Of a stretch of 64,000 nt of DNA, positions 42,089 through 53,832 are shown piece after piece; the stretch's first letter is position 1; each line of letters starts with the position of its first letter. The translations under genes were made by a program, and so were the position numbers. The stretch covers positions 5,394,001 to 5,458,000 of the forward strand of contig CM060731.1 of assembly GCA_030704615.1 (NCBI GenBank), read 5' to 3'. The stretch comes from Takakia lepidozioides. Lineage: Eukaryota > Plantae > Bryophyta. The notes under the pieces were generated by a model. That model searched no databases, was not told the origin of the DNA, and saw only the letters and a program-made list of their open reading frames with translations.

Positions 42089-42599
42089 TCATCCTTATCA
42101 TCCCTCGCCTTTTGGAAAATTCCAGCCATAATTGAAGGGCAATTGGTTGTTGTACTTAACTGCATGAATGTTCCCCTTTCTGTTGGAATGAGCCGCACGT
42201 CCTTTCCATGCTGACATACCCTTTCTTCTTCCTGCAGGATCCTTTGCCCAGCCCTGTTATTTCTATCATTTGTGCCATCCTCTTGGTGTTTCCACAGCCT
42301 CCCCTCATTGCCAGTGAAGTGTTTCTTTCTCTTCCCTTTGTCTTTAAAGACACTCCAACTGTTAGCTGCAGTACCCTTCGCTGATTTCTTATTGCCTTTG
42401 ACCTCATGTATGTTTTCAATCATGTTTGAAGGGTGATCACTTGCTGCCATATGCATGACTGTGTCCTTGACTGCTTCTCTTGTCTCAGTATGATGTTTAA
42501 TTGTTGTCATGTCAGGCTGTGCTCACCTGCACCGTGGTGTCTTCAAATGGATCAATTTTTCAGACACGGTCTTGCCAACTGAATGATGCAGGTTCACTT

Positions 42600-43228
42600 G
42601 GGAGAGTGCACTCCCCCTTTCCTCTCTGCTTCTGTTTCATGTTCAAAGGTAGGCTTCCTTCCCTGAGTTTAAATTTCAGTCTAGTGCCGAGAGTGGGTGG
42701 ACCCTTGAGGTCATCCAAGATGTCCTCCCCCATGTCACTGACTAGAAACAAGTTCAGGGAAGTTTTATGCCTAACTTCATTTTCATCAGACAATCTCATG
42801 GCAATCATGGCTTTGGACACTACAGCCTCTAAGTCTGATTTATCCAGCAGGGTCAAGACTTGCGGATCCAGGTCCAGGTCCTTGAGAATCTCTTATACTC
42901 TGGCCTTGGGAAAACACCTTTTGATCTCAGTCCAGAAAGTGGTCAGAGGTACCAATATCAGTTCTGTCGATCAACACATTGGCACACTGGGGGAACAAAT
43001 TTTTGTCCATTATGATATAGTCCACAATGGAACGTTCCCCAGTTTGGGATTTCTCACGAGTCCACTGCACTTGGTCACCTCTTGTCTTGTTAATCAAGGT
43101 CAAAAGCTGAAGCTCTTCCAGACAGTTAATTAACCGTCTGCCATTAGAATTCAGCTCGTCCTCACCAGAAGACCCAATGATATCGTCCTGATGGAGCCCT
43201 TTGCCCACTTGGGCATTGAAGTCACCCT
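42600..43228 (-). mobile_element. Second internally deleted fragment of LINE family 2, inverted
   Basis: GDFNAQVGKGLHQDD...IVDYI...SDH joined to sequence matching 41415-41712. Confidence 0.85.
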
Positions 43229-43763
43229 ACAATAGCACCACAGAGATGAAGAGAAGCTTTGGAATGAGACACTTTTCTGACCCCAGTCAATGGTGGGACA
43301 ATGTGGGTCGGATGGTCAACTGGAAACAGCAGCGGCAACAGCGCAATTGATAAAGCAAGGCACTGCTGATGAAAGGTACCTTCTTCAACGTATTTCAGCC
43401 TGAGGGCACCTTCTGGTTTGACCTGTTTCAGCCTGTTTTTCCCTCTCATCAGACTCAGCCCTGAAGCATATGTATTGAATTCTGTAAGTTAGCTCGTTGG
43501 GTGGATCTGCGGTGCTCTGGAGTGACTTTGCAAGTTGCTGCCGAGGTGGTAGCATGACAGTACCTAAAAAAAGATAATAGATAGAACAAGGGACTGCTAA
43601 TGAAGGTACCTTCTTCAAACAGGCTAATGAAGGTGTTCACTATGCAAGGTGTCACATACAAATGCATCTGAGCAGAAATTATAGGTGATGAGCTTGTCTC
43701 AGCAAAATTTCATTTCATTTCCATGGGGGGGGTAGTGTCCTTTCAGCCAAGCAAGAAGAGAGG

Positions 43764-46700
43764 ATGGTTCTAAAAGGGGATACTGTACACATTAAGATTT
43801 TAGACCAAAATGATGGGGACCAAGGATTGAAAAGACCTCTATCTTCCAGTGGTTCTACGATCTTGCATGAGGACAGACCAGGCAAGGACCCGGCACCAGT
43901 GTCTACCAAGATGAGGATGGACCCTGATACACCCTTTGCTGGCGATGGTGGAAATGAAGACCATGCACATGAGCATGCACTTCAGCAAAGATCTGGTAGA
44001 TTGTGCAATACGTTGGCTACATCCAACGATATTCAAAAATGGCAGAAAGAGATTAGAGCCGTTGAAAGGAAAATCTCTGCAGAAGGACGATGTGACAAGT
44101 TTGAGCTGATGACAAAGGACCAACAAGGACAAGCAATGTTCCACATATGGTGTGTTGAGTGTGAGGATGTTTATGCACGGTCTGGGAAAAACAAACCATA
44201 TGATGCATGTGCAAACTTTATGAGATCTCATTTGAGGAGTGAGGGGGCATCGCATAGCCTATGAGAGGCGTCATGGGAAGGGTTCATCACAATGTGTCAT
44301 CAGCCCTGTAAATGCAGATGAAGCATTAGACGCAAAGAAGAACAGGGTGAAGGAGGCATTAGAGGAAGTCGCTCAGTTTTGTGAGGACAATCCTGGAAAC
44401 AGATTTGAGATTGTGGAAGCCACAATTGGAGACTATTCGCAGTTGGGTTCCATAAGGATTAGGTGCCCACTGGATTCGAAGTGGCTACTCTTGTTTCCAA
44501 GGACAGGTTCTTTGCAATCTTCTTTGACAGAGCATGTGAAAGGAAAAACTCATGTCAATGCAGAGATTTGCCAGAAGGTTGGAAGTAGTGAAGGACCTTG
44601 CAAAAAGAGAGGAAGGCCTCCAAAGCCTATGATTGCCAAAGATGTAAAGCAACGGGATCTAAGCTCTTTCTTGGTCAGTCAACCTGTGTTGTCGTCCCCA
44701 CCACTTGACAATCCAATTGTGGCATCAACAATGGGAGCATCCTCGTCACAAACTCCATACGCTTGTGTTGACGCTGCCCAACGGGGAGATCTGATCGAGG
44801 ATTGACAATTACAGCAAAGGTCCCAATGCAACAAAGGAAGAGACAGTTTGTGTTGGGGCCTATGGGATGAATGGTGGGAGTACAACCAGCAGAGAATAAG
44901 TCTGAAACCATTCCTTCAAGATAGCAAGGGAGGAAAGAAGTGGTATGTCGAGCCGTTGACAAATGCAACCATCACTCTAAACAATCAAGAGCATAAGGTT
45001 GTTGGTACATTTCGGCACGCGGATTGTTTTAGAGTGTCATTGGATGGGGAGCCATTTCCAAACTTGAGATGTTCACCATGTTCTTCCATTCCCTTGGAAA
45101 ATGACTTCAGAATGAGGGTATATAGAGAAAGAGGTGCCATGGAATGTAGAGGGGAGAGAGATACTGGCAAGGGAAGAAGGTTGTCATATCTTGGAAATGC
45201 GGAGATTGTCAAACAAGTTTACAAAAACAGACAGGAGTTGAGGCAGTTGAGGTTCAAATTGTGGGAGGCCAGGACCAAAGTGGCATCATTGTCTGTGCGA
45301 TGTAGGAGTTTGAAGGAGTCTGGGATTGAGGCAATTGAAAGAGGAGATGTTCTCAAATTTTGTCGTGATATTGTTGATGCACATAGGAGGGGGGATTTTG
45401 AAGGAAAAGAAAGTTTGTGGGATTTTCTTGTTGATATGGGCAAGAATATTGACAGGTCTCCACAAGGGAAGAGGTATGGTACTAGCACAAAAACAATGTT
45501 TGAGACTGTGCAGCTTTGGGGGGTCCGAGATTGCATCATTTTTTGGCTTCAAATGTGGGGGGTCCTTCTATTGATACTACAAGACGGTCTTTGAGGAAAG
45601 GTTTGAAGTATAGAACGGGAGAAACAGATGATATATTTCAGCATGTGGCTGGAATTTACAGAGATGTGATGGAATATGCAAATATTCCATTGGGAAGCAT
45701 CCCAGTGATGGTGGCCGAAGATGAAACTGTTGTGAAGCAATTGGTACGTTGGATTGCTAGGGATGACACCCTTCTCGGGTTTTGTGGGCTTCAAGACAAC
45801 CATGTATGTATTTCAAATTTTGTGGTGCAAGTGGGAGAAGGGGAATCAGGGTACCAACATATTGTGGAGGCATTCAAAAACAATGTGGTTGCCCATTATG
45901 CTAGAGTGTTGATAGCAAATCCTCTACATGTACAGTTACCTCGATTGGTATTGGTAATCCAGCTCACTTGCAATAGATTTGACAACAATTTTGTGAGATC
46001 ACAATGGGAAGTGGTGAGACAGTTGTGGGACAAATATGTGAGGGACGTGGTTGGGCCTATAATTGGGCATGCTTCAGACGGAGATAGTAGGAGGAGAAAA
46101 GTGATGTTAGAAGATTATGCCAATGGGGCTGGAAATAGATTTTGCATCCCTTGGGAAGGATGGTTGTTTACAGGTCGAGTGTGCAACGGGGGAGATATAT
46201 ACGGACTCCATGATCAGGACTTCATCCACAATGGGAAAAAATTGGTAAATCCCTTGGACAGTGCATCACGGACTTTGGTGTTGGGTGATGAGGTTGCTAC
46301 ATTGAATCATGTGTTATTGGTCTACCATTCATTTTCAGTGGACAAGCATGGACTTCGGAATGTGATATCAAAAGAGAAGATCGACAGAATTGGGCAGCAG
46401 CTCAACGACTGGCATCTCGGAAGGTGCAAGCTTATTTGAGGGAGTTACAATCAACTGTGAATCATCGAAGAGAGAGGACCAAAGGTACTGAAATTTACCT
46501 ATACATCATTTCATGCTACATCGACATTTTTTTGTCTCCTCACATGTCATTGTGTGAGAGGGTACAATCTGCTGCGAAGGTATCATTTTTTTCAGATTGT
46601 GGAAGTTATGGCTATTCCAGCACGAGGTGTATAATCTGAAATCCTTCTTCATTAGCAGGGAAGCATACTTGGATTTACAAATTTCATGCCACTACGTGGT

Positions 46701-47976
46701 TCTACTTATCAAATTGGTCAAGGATAAGTTTAATCATGTGCAAGTTCCTTTGAGCCTTGTTGGTTCAGATGTGTGTGATATATTCTTCAGCAAAGTGGGA
46801 GTTATGTCACGGAATGAGAGGACATATGACGGGTGTGATTTGATTGAGAGTGCGGGAGCATTAACACGCATATCCGAGTTCGAGGCGAATCCAAAAGGAC
46901 CCAAGTTCTCAAGAGCTCACAAGAAACAAGAACACATATGGTCTTCTTTGGAGAAGAAGCCAGGTATCCCCCTTGCTGATTTGTCCGACTTTTCTACTGT
47001 CCAATCGGATGATTGCATTGTGGAGGCTTTGAAAACTGGATTTCTAGAAGCGCAACTTTTATGCCATAAACTTGGGATGAAACCAAACAAAACAACAAAC
47101 TTGGATTGGTGGAATGAGCCATGGACAATTGAGAGACAAATGGAGGTCGAGCTATTCAAAAGCATGGAAGAGGAGGGTGATGATGTCAATGCCATAGATT
47201 CTATTTGTCCTCTTAATGCAGACACACATATTCAAAATGAGGTTGTGGAAGATGAATTGGTGTGCGGGCCTTCGAATTCAATGGAGGATGTTTTGAGCCA
47301 ACCTTTGGATGATCATGCGGAAGAGGTACTTGTTCAAAGTGAATTGAGACATACTCTGGATGCTGTCATTGATGAGTTTGAACAAGAGAAAGATGGATCG
47401 AAGGCAGTGGTTCCATTTGTCAAAGTAGACGGGAAGACCATATTCAAAAGCACTTTGGTTAGCCAACTCAATGGCAACCCTACTCTATCCAAGGATAGAT
47501 TGACACGAGTAAGAAGTGCATCGATGTTGTTTTGCCGAGAAAACAAACCAACTACCAGCAACAAAGCCACGAGCTTGGGATTGGGTTCGGATTGTGCTGT
47601 ATTTTTTGTTGATGGGGAGACTGCGATCCAAACTACAAACATGAAAGGTAGACCAGGGAAAACCTGCAGAGGAACAACCAAAGGCACTTGGTATTTGGGC
47701 AGGGTTCAAAGAATGCGGAAGAAAATCAATAAGCGGTTTGTAGAATGTAGGGATTCTGTTGATTTATTGGAGCGTCATTCTCATATGGAGATTGGATTAG
47801 CATGGTACCAAAAAATTCGAGGAGGGGTCTATACGTACGATTTGACGGATAACATGATGGTTGATTTGGATTCCATTATCGCGTTAGCATGTTTAAAGTA
47901 CAATGTCAAGTCAAACACATATGTTCTTGATGCAAATGACCGAAAAGTCTTTGACAACTTTATCAAAGGCAAATAA
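43764..47976 (+). pseudogene. P-element-like DDE transposase (six ORF pieces, ~1300-1400 aa if joined)
   Basis: N-terminal Zn-finger-like motifs and an AT-hook (KKRGRPPK). Core GGPSIDT, VAEDET, GHASDGD, DQDFIHNGKKLVNPL (DxxH) and GSDVCDIFFSKVG, in the order and spacing of P/THAP9-type catalytic motifs. Confidence 0.7.
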
Positions 47977-48286
47977 TTTTTTTAATTAATTTGTTAGATT
48001 TTATTATGTTTTAAATGAATAAATTCGATATAATATAAAAACATACATATACATATTGGAGGGTTATTTTTAATGATGAAAAATGAGAATATACATACAT
48101 AAGGGGGTACTTTTCGAAAATTGTAAATTTTTGTATATTTACAGGAGGGGATTTTATAATCTTCAAAAAGTATGTACAGAGGGGATATAAATTATCCAAG
48201 GACCCATATACAGGGGTTTTTTTATTAGGCGACGAACGCACGTAATACGCACAGTTTATAAAGAGTGCACCCCCCGGGGTCACGGA

Positions 48287-50043
48287 TCACCAACCATTGA
48301 AGTGGTTGATGGAGTCAGACAAGCTTACAATGAAGCTTGCACGGTGGCCACTTATGCTTCAAGAGTACGACTTCCAGGTGGTGCATCGAGCCGGTATTGC
48401 CAATCGGGATGCAGATGGATTGAGTTATAATCCATGCACGAGCGAGCATGATGATACTGGAGCTCGGTGGCATGGTGAGACGGATGAGGAGATGGTGCCA
48501 GGATGGCATACATCGGTCTTTTTGTGCATTCTAGCAATGGGCTCAAGTTGGTTCATCTCATGTGATTGGTCATGTAGATAGCGTGCATGACGATCCAGAG
48601 ACTAGTGAGGAGTTTGGTGGTGCTAAGGATGTACATGAAGATGCAGCAGTGTTGGCCTACCTTCGTACTGGAGAGACAGTAGCCAGTGTGACTGCTAAGG
48701 AGAGAGATCGGATCCTACAACGAGCCAAGAGGTTCAAGTGGGAGGGGACTCACCTACTCCGGGTATGGGAGGATGGACGAGTGATGATTGTGCCTCATCC
48801 AACACAACGAGCGCGATTGGTACGCCATGCCCATGAGGAGTTGGGACATTTTGGGGTGCGGCGCACTCATAGTTTGCTGCAAGGGCAGTATTGATGGGGG
48901 GACATGCACACGGATGTGCAATAGTTAGTGGCAAGGTGCATGGTGTGTGATAGAGTGCGGGCTTCTTTCAACGCCCCTACTCCATAATTGCATCCTTTAC
49001 CCATTATGGGTTTGGGCTATCGTTGGAGTCTTGACTTTGCAGGCCCATTGTCATTGACGATTCGTCATAACAAGTATGTGTTGGTGATGGTGAAACACTT
49101 CTCCAAATGGATTGAACTGGTCGTATTGCCTGACAAGGCAAGTGATGGGGCTGCATATGCATTCTTAGATCGAGTGCTTAGCCATTTTGGTGCTCCAGCC
49201 GAGGTACTCACAGACCAGGGGAGAGAGTTCTTGGGGGAGTTTCAGGCTTTGTGTGAGCAAGCCTTGATAGATCACCGCACTACTTCTTGGGATCATCCCG
49301 AGGCTGATGGCTTGGCGGAAAGAGTTGTTCAGACAGTCAAGAGAGGTTTGCGCAAGTACGGTTTGCAGAAGGGACACCTAGGAGATTGGGACCTTCAGCT
49401 GCCTTGGCTAGTTATGGGCTATAGGTTCAGCAAACAAGCTTCACTTTCCTCCTTCTCACCTTACTTTCTTCTCTTCGGCCGAGAGCCGGATTTGCCTGCA
49501 TCTATTCGCAGGGAGGCTGCAGTAGTTCTCAACCTTGATGATCCGGATGTGTGGACACAAGCATGTGCCCAGCGGGCAGAGTTGTTCAAGAGAGTCATGC
49601 CTATGGCTTTTGAGAACCTTGCTATTGCCCAACATCGAGACACATTGAGGTACGCCACTATACGTGGAGGGGGATATCGGCCAAGTGTTCGACGTTTCCA
49701 CCCTGGGGACTATGTGTATTTGCAGCAGACAGCGACTACGACCTTAGATGTCACAACAGGACATGTGATTCTAAGGGTCAGGGAGGTGTTGCCTTCAGGA
49801 GTGTTGATTCTGGAGGGTCGAGATGACATGGTATGGAAGGACCATGTGCGCAATTGTGCGCCATGTCACCTTCCACATGTGGATGGGAGGATAGATCTCA
49901 ACCTTGCAGTGGTACCTGCGGGGTTGCGTTGCATGTTATGTGGGCATGCTGGTGGCGCCGCAACCATGTTGGTGTGTGACAAATGCTCAAGGGGGTGGCA
50001 CATGGGATGCTTGACACCGCCACGTTTGCACCCGACCTCTTGA
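48287..50043 (+). pseudogene. RNase H C-terminus, integrase and PHD finger, copy B
   Basis: HQPLKWL...ADGLS, HEELGHFG...CMVC, WSLDFAGP, TDQGREF, GLAERVVQT, CMLC...LVCDKCSRGWHMGCLTPP. Confidence 0.93.
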
Positions 50044-51636
50044 TCTATCGACTTTAGGTGTTGGGACTTGTGCGATTGAAGACCAAGCGATGATCTTATT
50101 GGGGTGGATACTTGCAAGCTATCCGGTGTTAGAGGGACCTAATCACCAGCTAGGACTTCAACAATTACCATGAACTCATGTGCTTTGCTCCGTTTCTCTT
50201 CAATATACTTCATAAGAGAGTATAAGGAAAATATATAAATATCAAATGGTGGGGCTTGTGTTTTTGAGGCAGATAACCGGTATGTGTAAAAAAAATTTGG
50301 GAAAGTAAATTGTGAAAAAGATGTGGGAGAAAAATGCTCGCTTTGAGAAAACTGGGATGCGTAGTAACATGGTAAATTTGATTTTTTAGCCTGATCAGTT
50401 AATAATCTAATGTCTATTAATGGGGTTTTGTATGGACAACATGACATGCAAATAGCTCTTATTTTTTAGCAATTTTGGTGAATGAGTTTGTGGGATGTAC
50501 ATAGGGGGAATAATTCCACTCCACCATGCTGTAGTTCTCCCACACATATCTTACAATAGAAACTATATCAATATGTTTACATCTATATTACTCACAATAT
50601 TATTTATAATAACTACATTCTGATATACATGCTCTCTAAATATGATTCAAAACAGACTATGCTCCACAATCCTATCACATCTACCTTTTCACTGAGCACC
50701 TAATACAATACCATTCGTAGGTTCTGACGGTTGGGGTATTCCATGGTTTCCTGTATGGCAACATTCTTCTCTGTCGATCAACCTTTGCCCGTAAGCCACA
50801 TTCTGTTTCTACTTATCAATGTCAAACAAAGGCTGCCATATTTTACATGCCAATTTTCTCCTACATTATCATCTACTCTTTATTACAAACACGACACACA
50901 CCACATCTCACCAATCTATAAATAACTACCAGTACATCCAAATAAAACATTCATCCCATTCCCAAAAAGTCATCATGCCTACAAAAATTGTATTTCGGCG
51001 TTGATCACCCGTTGGCAGGATTGTGATGCTCTTGCTTGCTGGCTATAAGGTAGAAACATCTCAAATGGACCATTTAAGAAATGAGTGTAGTTTCAGGTGT
51101 GCAGTGTCGTCATATATATATTTCTGATGTGGGCACAAATAAATGAAATTTAATGAAAAAAAAGAAAAAAAAGAATCCGAATTATTTTAAAATATTGGTG
51201 AATATTCAATGTGAAATCATAGAATAATCCTTGAATGGACCAGTAGGGGGTACTATTTTGAACAGCAAGTGTACTCTGTCTAGAGGCAAAAAGTATGCGT
51301 CCTCTTTCACTTTACTGTTTAAACAAATAGTAACATGGACCATGTCATTCAACTAACATAATTATTTACTGACCTTAAAATAACCTCCCACTCCTAGAAA
51401 ATTGAGCTCAAGGTTGGATGAAACTCAATCCTAGATCGTTGATCTAGATGAAACTCAATCGTGATCATTGATCACGAAATGCGATCCCCTCTCATGCATG
51501 TTTGGATTCATTCTTCCTGTCTGGACTCATTCATGACTTGATACTTCTCTCAAAATGCGCGCCAGTGGATATTAATTTGTCCATTAAGTGGTATTATCAT
51601 GATCATGTATGAGTTAAAAGGGTTCATTGCAATTAC

Positions 51637-53832
51637 CTAATCTGGACCAATTGTGATCAAAGTATCTTTTAGAGATAACATATGGTTAGTTTTATATATT
51701 GTTCTAGGGGTCCGTTTAAGGTTACGCTCCCATTTAGGTGTTTCTACCTTAGCTATGTAAATCCCACATGGAGGATTGAGAGGGGATGGCCCCGCCCACC
51801 CTGGAGTGCCATGCAACCATGCATGTTCGTGTGTGCTTCTTTTTGGTGCGGTCCTATTTACAATTTTGTCAATGCGTTTGGGGGTGACGTATTTGAACAC
51901 ATCTGCATTCAGGTGGTAGCCAGGCGCAGTTCGATAAGCAGTCGGGGTGGCAAATCCTGGGATGCCAAAACTTTTGAACTGAGATAGTTTCTCAAGTATA
52001 ACGTTGGCATTCTTATATAAGGTTTCTAGATTGGTGCCCAAGTACTGGTCCGTGATGGACTTGTGCATCAATATCATGTAGGTGTGGTAATCAGTTCGCT
52101 GTGTCGTAATAATTGTGTCTCATACATGATTTTCCATGGAGACGGGCTCACCCCGAATGTCTATTTTGATCGTCATGGCAAGGGTAGCAAGCTTTTGGTC
52201 GATTTCAGACATGAGCACAACATGGCTAGTGTCAAGGACAATCATTTGCTGAATGCTGATTGATTCCACCGTGTCCGCTAGAGCTTGGTTGATATTTTCC
52301 GCCCACAGGCATTGCGGTATTTTTGGTGCTGGCGGAAGTGTCCCATTTAGGCTGCGTGTATGTGGCACAAAGTTTACAAGTTTGTCCGTGAGTGACACAT
52401 TTCTTTTGTTGCACCACTGTGTGAAAATTATTGGATTTTTGGAGATAAGTTGAGCCATTCATGTATGCTTTATTTTCTTTGAAGAATGGACATTACTGAA
52501 GAGGATCTCCTTGATGTTTCCCTATCCAAACAATTGTGACAAAGATTCATTTCTTGCCTCCTTGTTAGCATTAGGTCTAAGTTCTTGGCTACGATAGTGA
52601 GAGCGTTCATTTCCGCGATGATGTCCAACTAGGGTGGCTTTGATGCCTGTCATGCTTGTCCTTTGATGCGGGGAACAGGTTGAGGAGAGTTTGCTCAATG
52701 CGGACGCCCGTCTCCATTATTATTTTCCTTGTGTCCTCGGAGAGGCCGAGGTAGATGTGGCAGAAGGCAGAGTCAGCTTTGGGTTTGTTGACATGATAGA
52801 ATTTGAATTCATCTCCGTGGTTGTGCCATGTATATAAACAAGTGTTCAGACGAGGCTGTTATATATTCGTAAGCCTTTGAACTACCATACCGGCCTACAC
52901 CTGCTCTCCCGATGCTAATTCCAGAACGAAGAACGAAGGCCCTATCTCTGTGAAGGAGAGCAAGACCAACAACTTCAGGGTGATGAAGCTCAATTTTGAG
53001 GAGACCTAACCAGATTTTAGAGGCTGGCTTAGTGTAAACTGAGACATGATAGTACATGCCATTACCAAGCACAATACCAATGTCCTCAAATTATCGTTTC
53101 TTGGCTCCAAGTAGTACAACCTCCTTGGGCATGGTGGTATCATAGTCAAATCTGATTATAATATGTTAAGGAGTGGCAGACATGCCTGTGTGAGGATTCA
53201 CTTTGGTACTTTCGGGTAATTGAGTGAGATGGAAGAAATGTCCGTCTCTTCCGTCAATCGAGACCAAAGGTAGAGAGGTTGGTGGATCCTTGGGAAGGCT
53301 TTCATGCAGGTGAGCATGTCATGGCATTCTTCAGAGGAAAGACCCAATTGTAGGAGAGATTCCTTTGATCGAACTTCTTTGAGAATGGACCAATCTAGAT
53401 CGACAGTATGCTGCTCCATGGTTTGAAATCATATCCATAGTTGCATAAGAGCATAATAGCTGTCGATTTCCATGGCAGGTTGAGTACGTGGGGGGGGGAA
53501 TACCTCAAAACAGAGCGCGTGTTTCCGGCGGTTGAAGTGTCCATGTTGGTATCCGATTCTTGGGCCTGCATATTCTCAATGGGAGTTAGAGAGACAGTTG
53601 GTCTAAGTGCCTTGCTTTTAGTTTTGGAGCGGAGAGGTGAGTTCACTGGTAGGTGGAGAGCATATAATAGTAAGAGATGATTGAGACTTTTGGAGTGCTT
53701 ATAAGTGTAATGCTTAGAAGTGCTAAGGGATGTGGCTGACGGTTTCGAGCTAGAAGACTGACTCTGGGATAGTGTGGAAGGGTGAAATGGGGCCTTTAGT
53801 ACGAAAGATATGTACATGAACTTTTGGTACAT
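51637..53832 (-). pseudogene. Decayed multi-fragment ORF, probably an ORF1-like protein of a non-LTR retroelement
   Basis: Collinear minus-strand fragments (53395-53832, 53198-53419, 52809-53072, 52120-52458, 51637-52077) with protein-like composition and no evident introns. The family assignment is by impression only. Confidence 0.4.

Larger units (their letters stand above)
39249..48278 (+). mobile_element. TIR DNA transposon (9030 bp) with P-element-like transposase and LINE cargo
   Basis: Perfect 16-bp TIRs CCCGGGGGGTGCACTC (39249-39264 / 48263-48278) and an exact 8-bp TSD GTCACGGA (39241-39248 / 48279-48286). Copy A shows the empty site (cccttgtcacggatcaccaacc). Confidence 0.93.
34470..50153 (+). 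mobile_element. DNMT- and PHD-bearing Ty3/gypsy LTR retrotransposon, copy B, interrupted by a 9-kb DNA transposon
   Basis: Gag C-terminus with two Zn knuckles and an RGG tract, protease LLDSGAQP, DNMT, RT, RNase H (split at LVTD|HQPL), integrase, PHD. The 3' UTR matches copy A up to ccagctagg (~50153). A possible short 5' LTR/leader at ~32357-32620 is uncertain. Confidence 0.92.

Noticed and set aside
39249-48278. hAT or Mutator assignment for the 9-kb element
   Set aside because: The TIR does not start (C/T)AG, the TIRs are short, and I see no hAT dimerisation or MULE CxxH signature; motifs fit P-like better.
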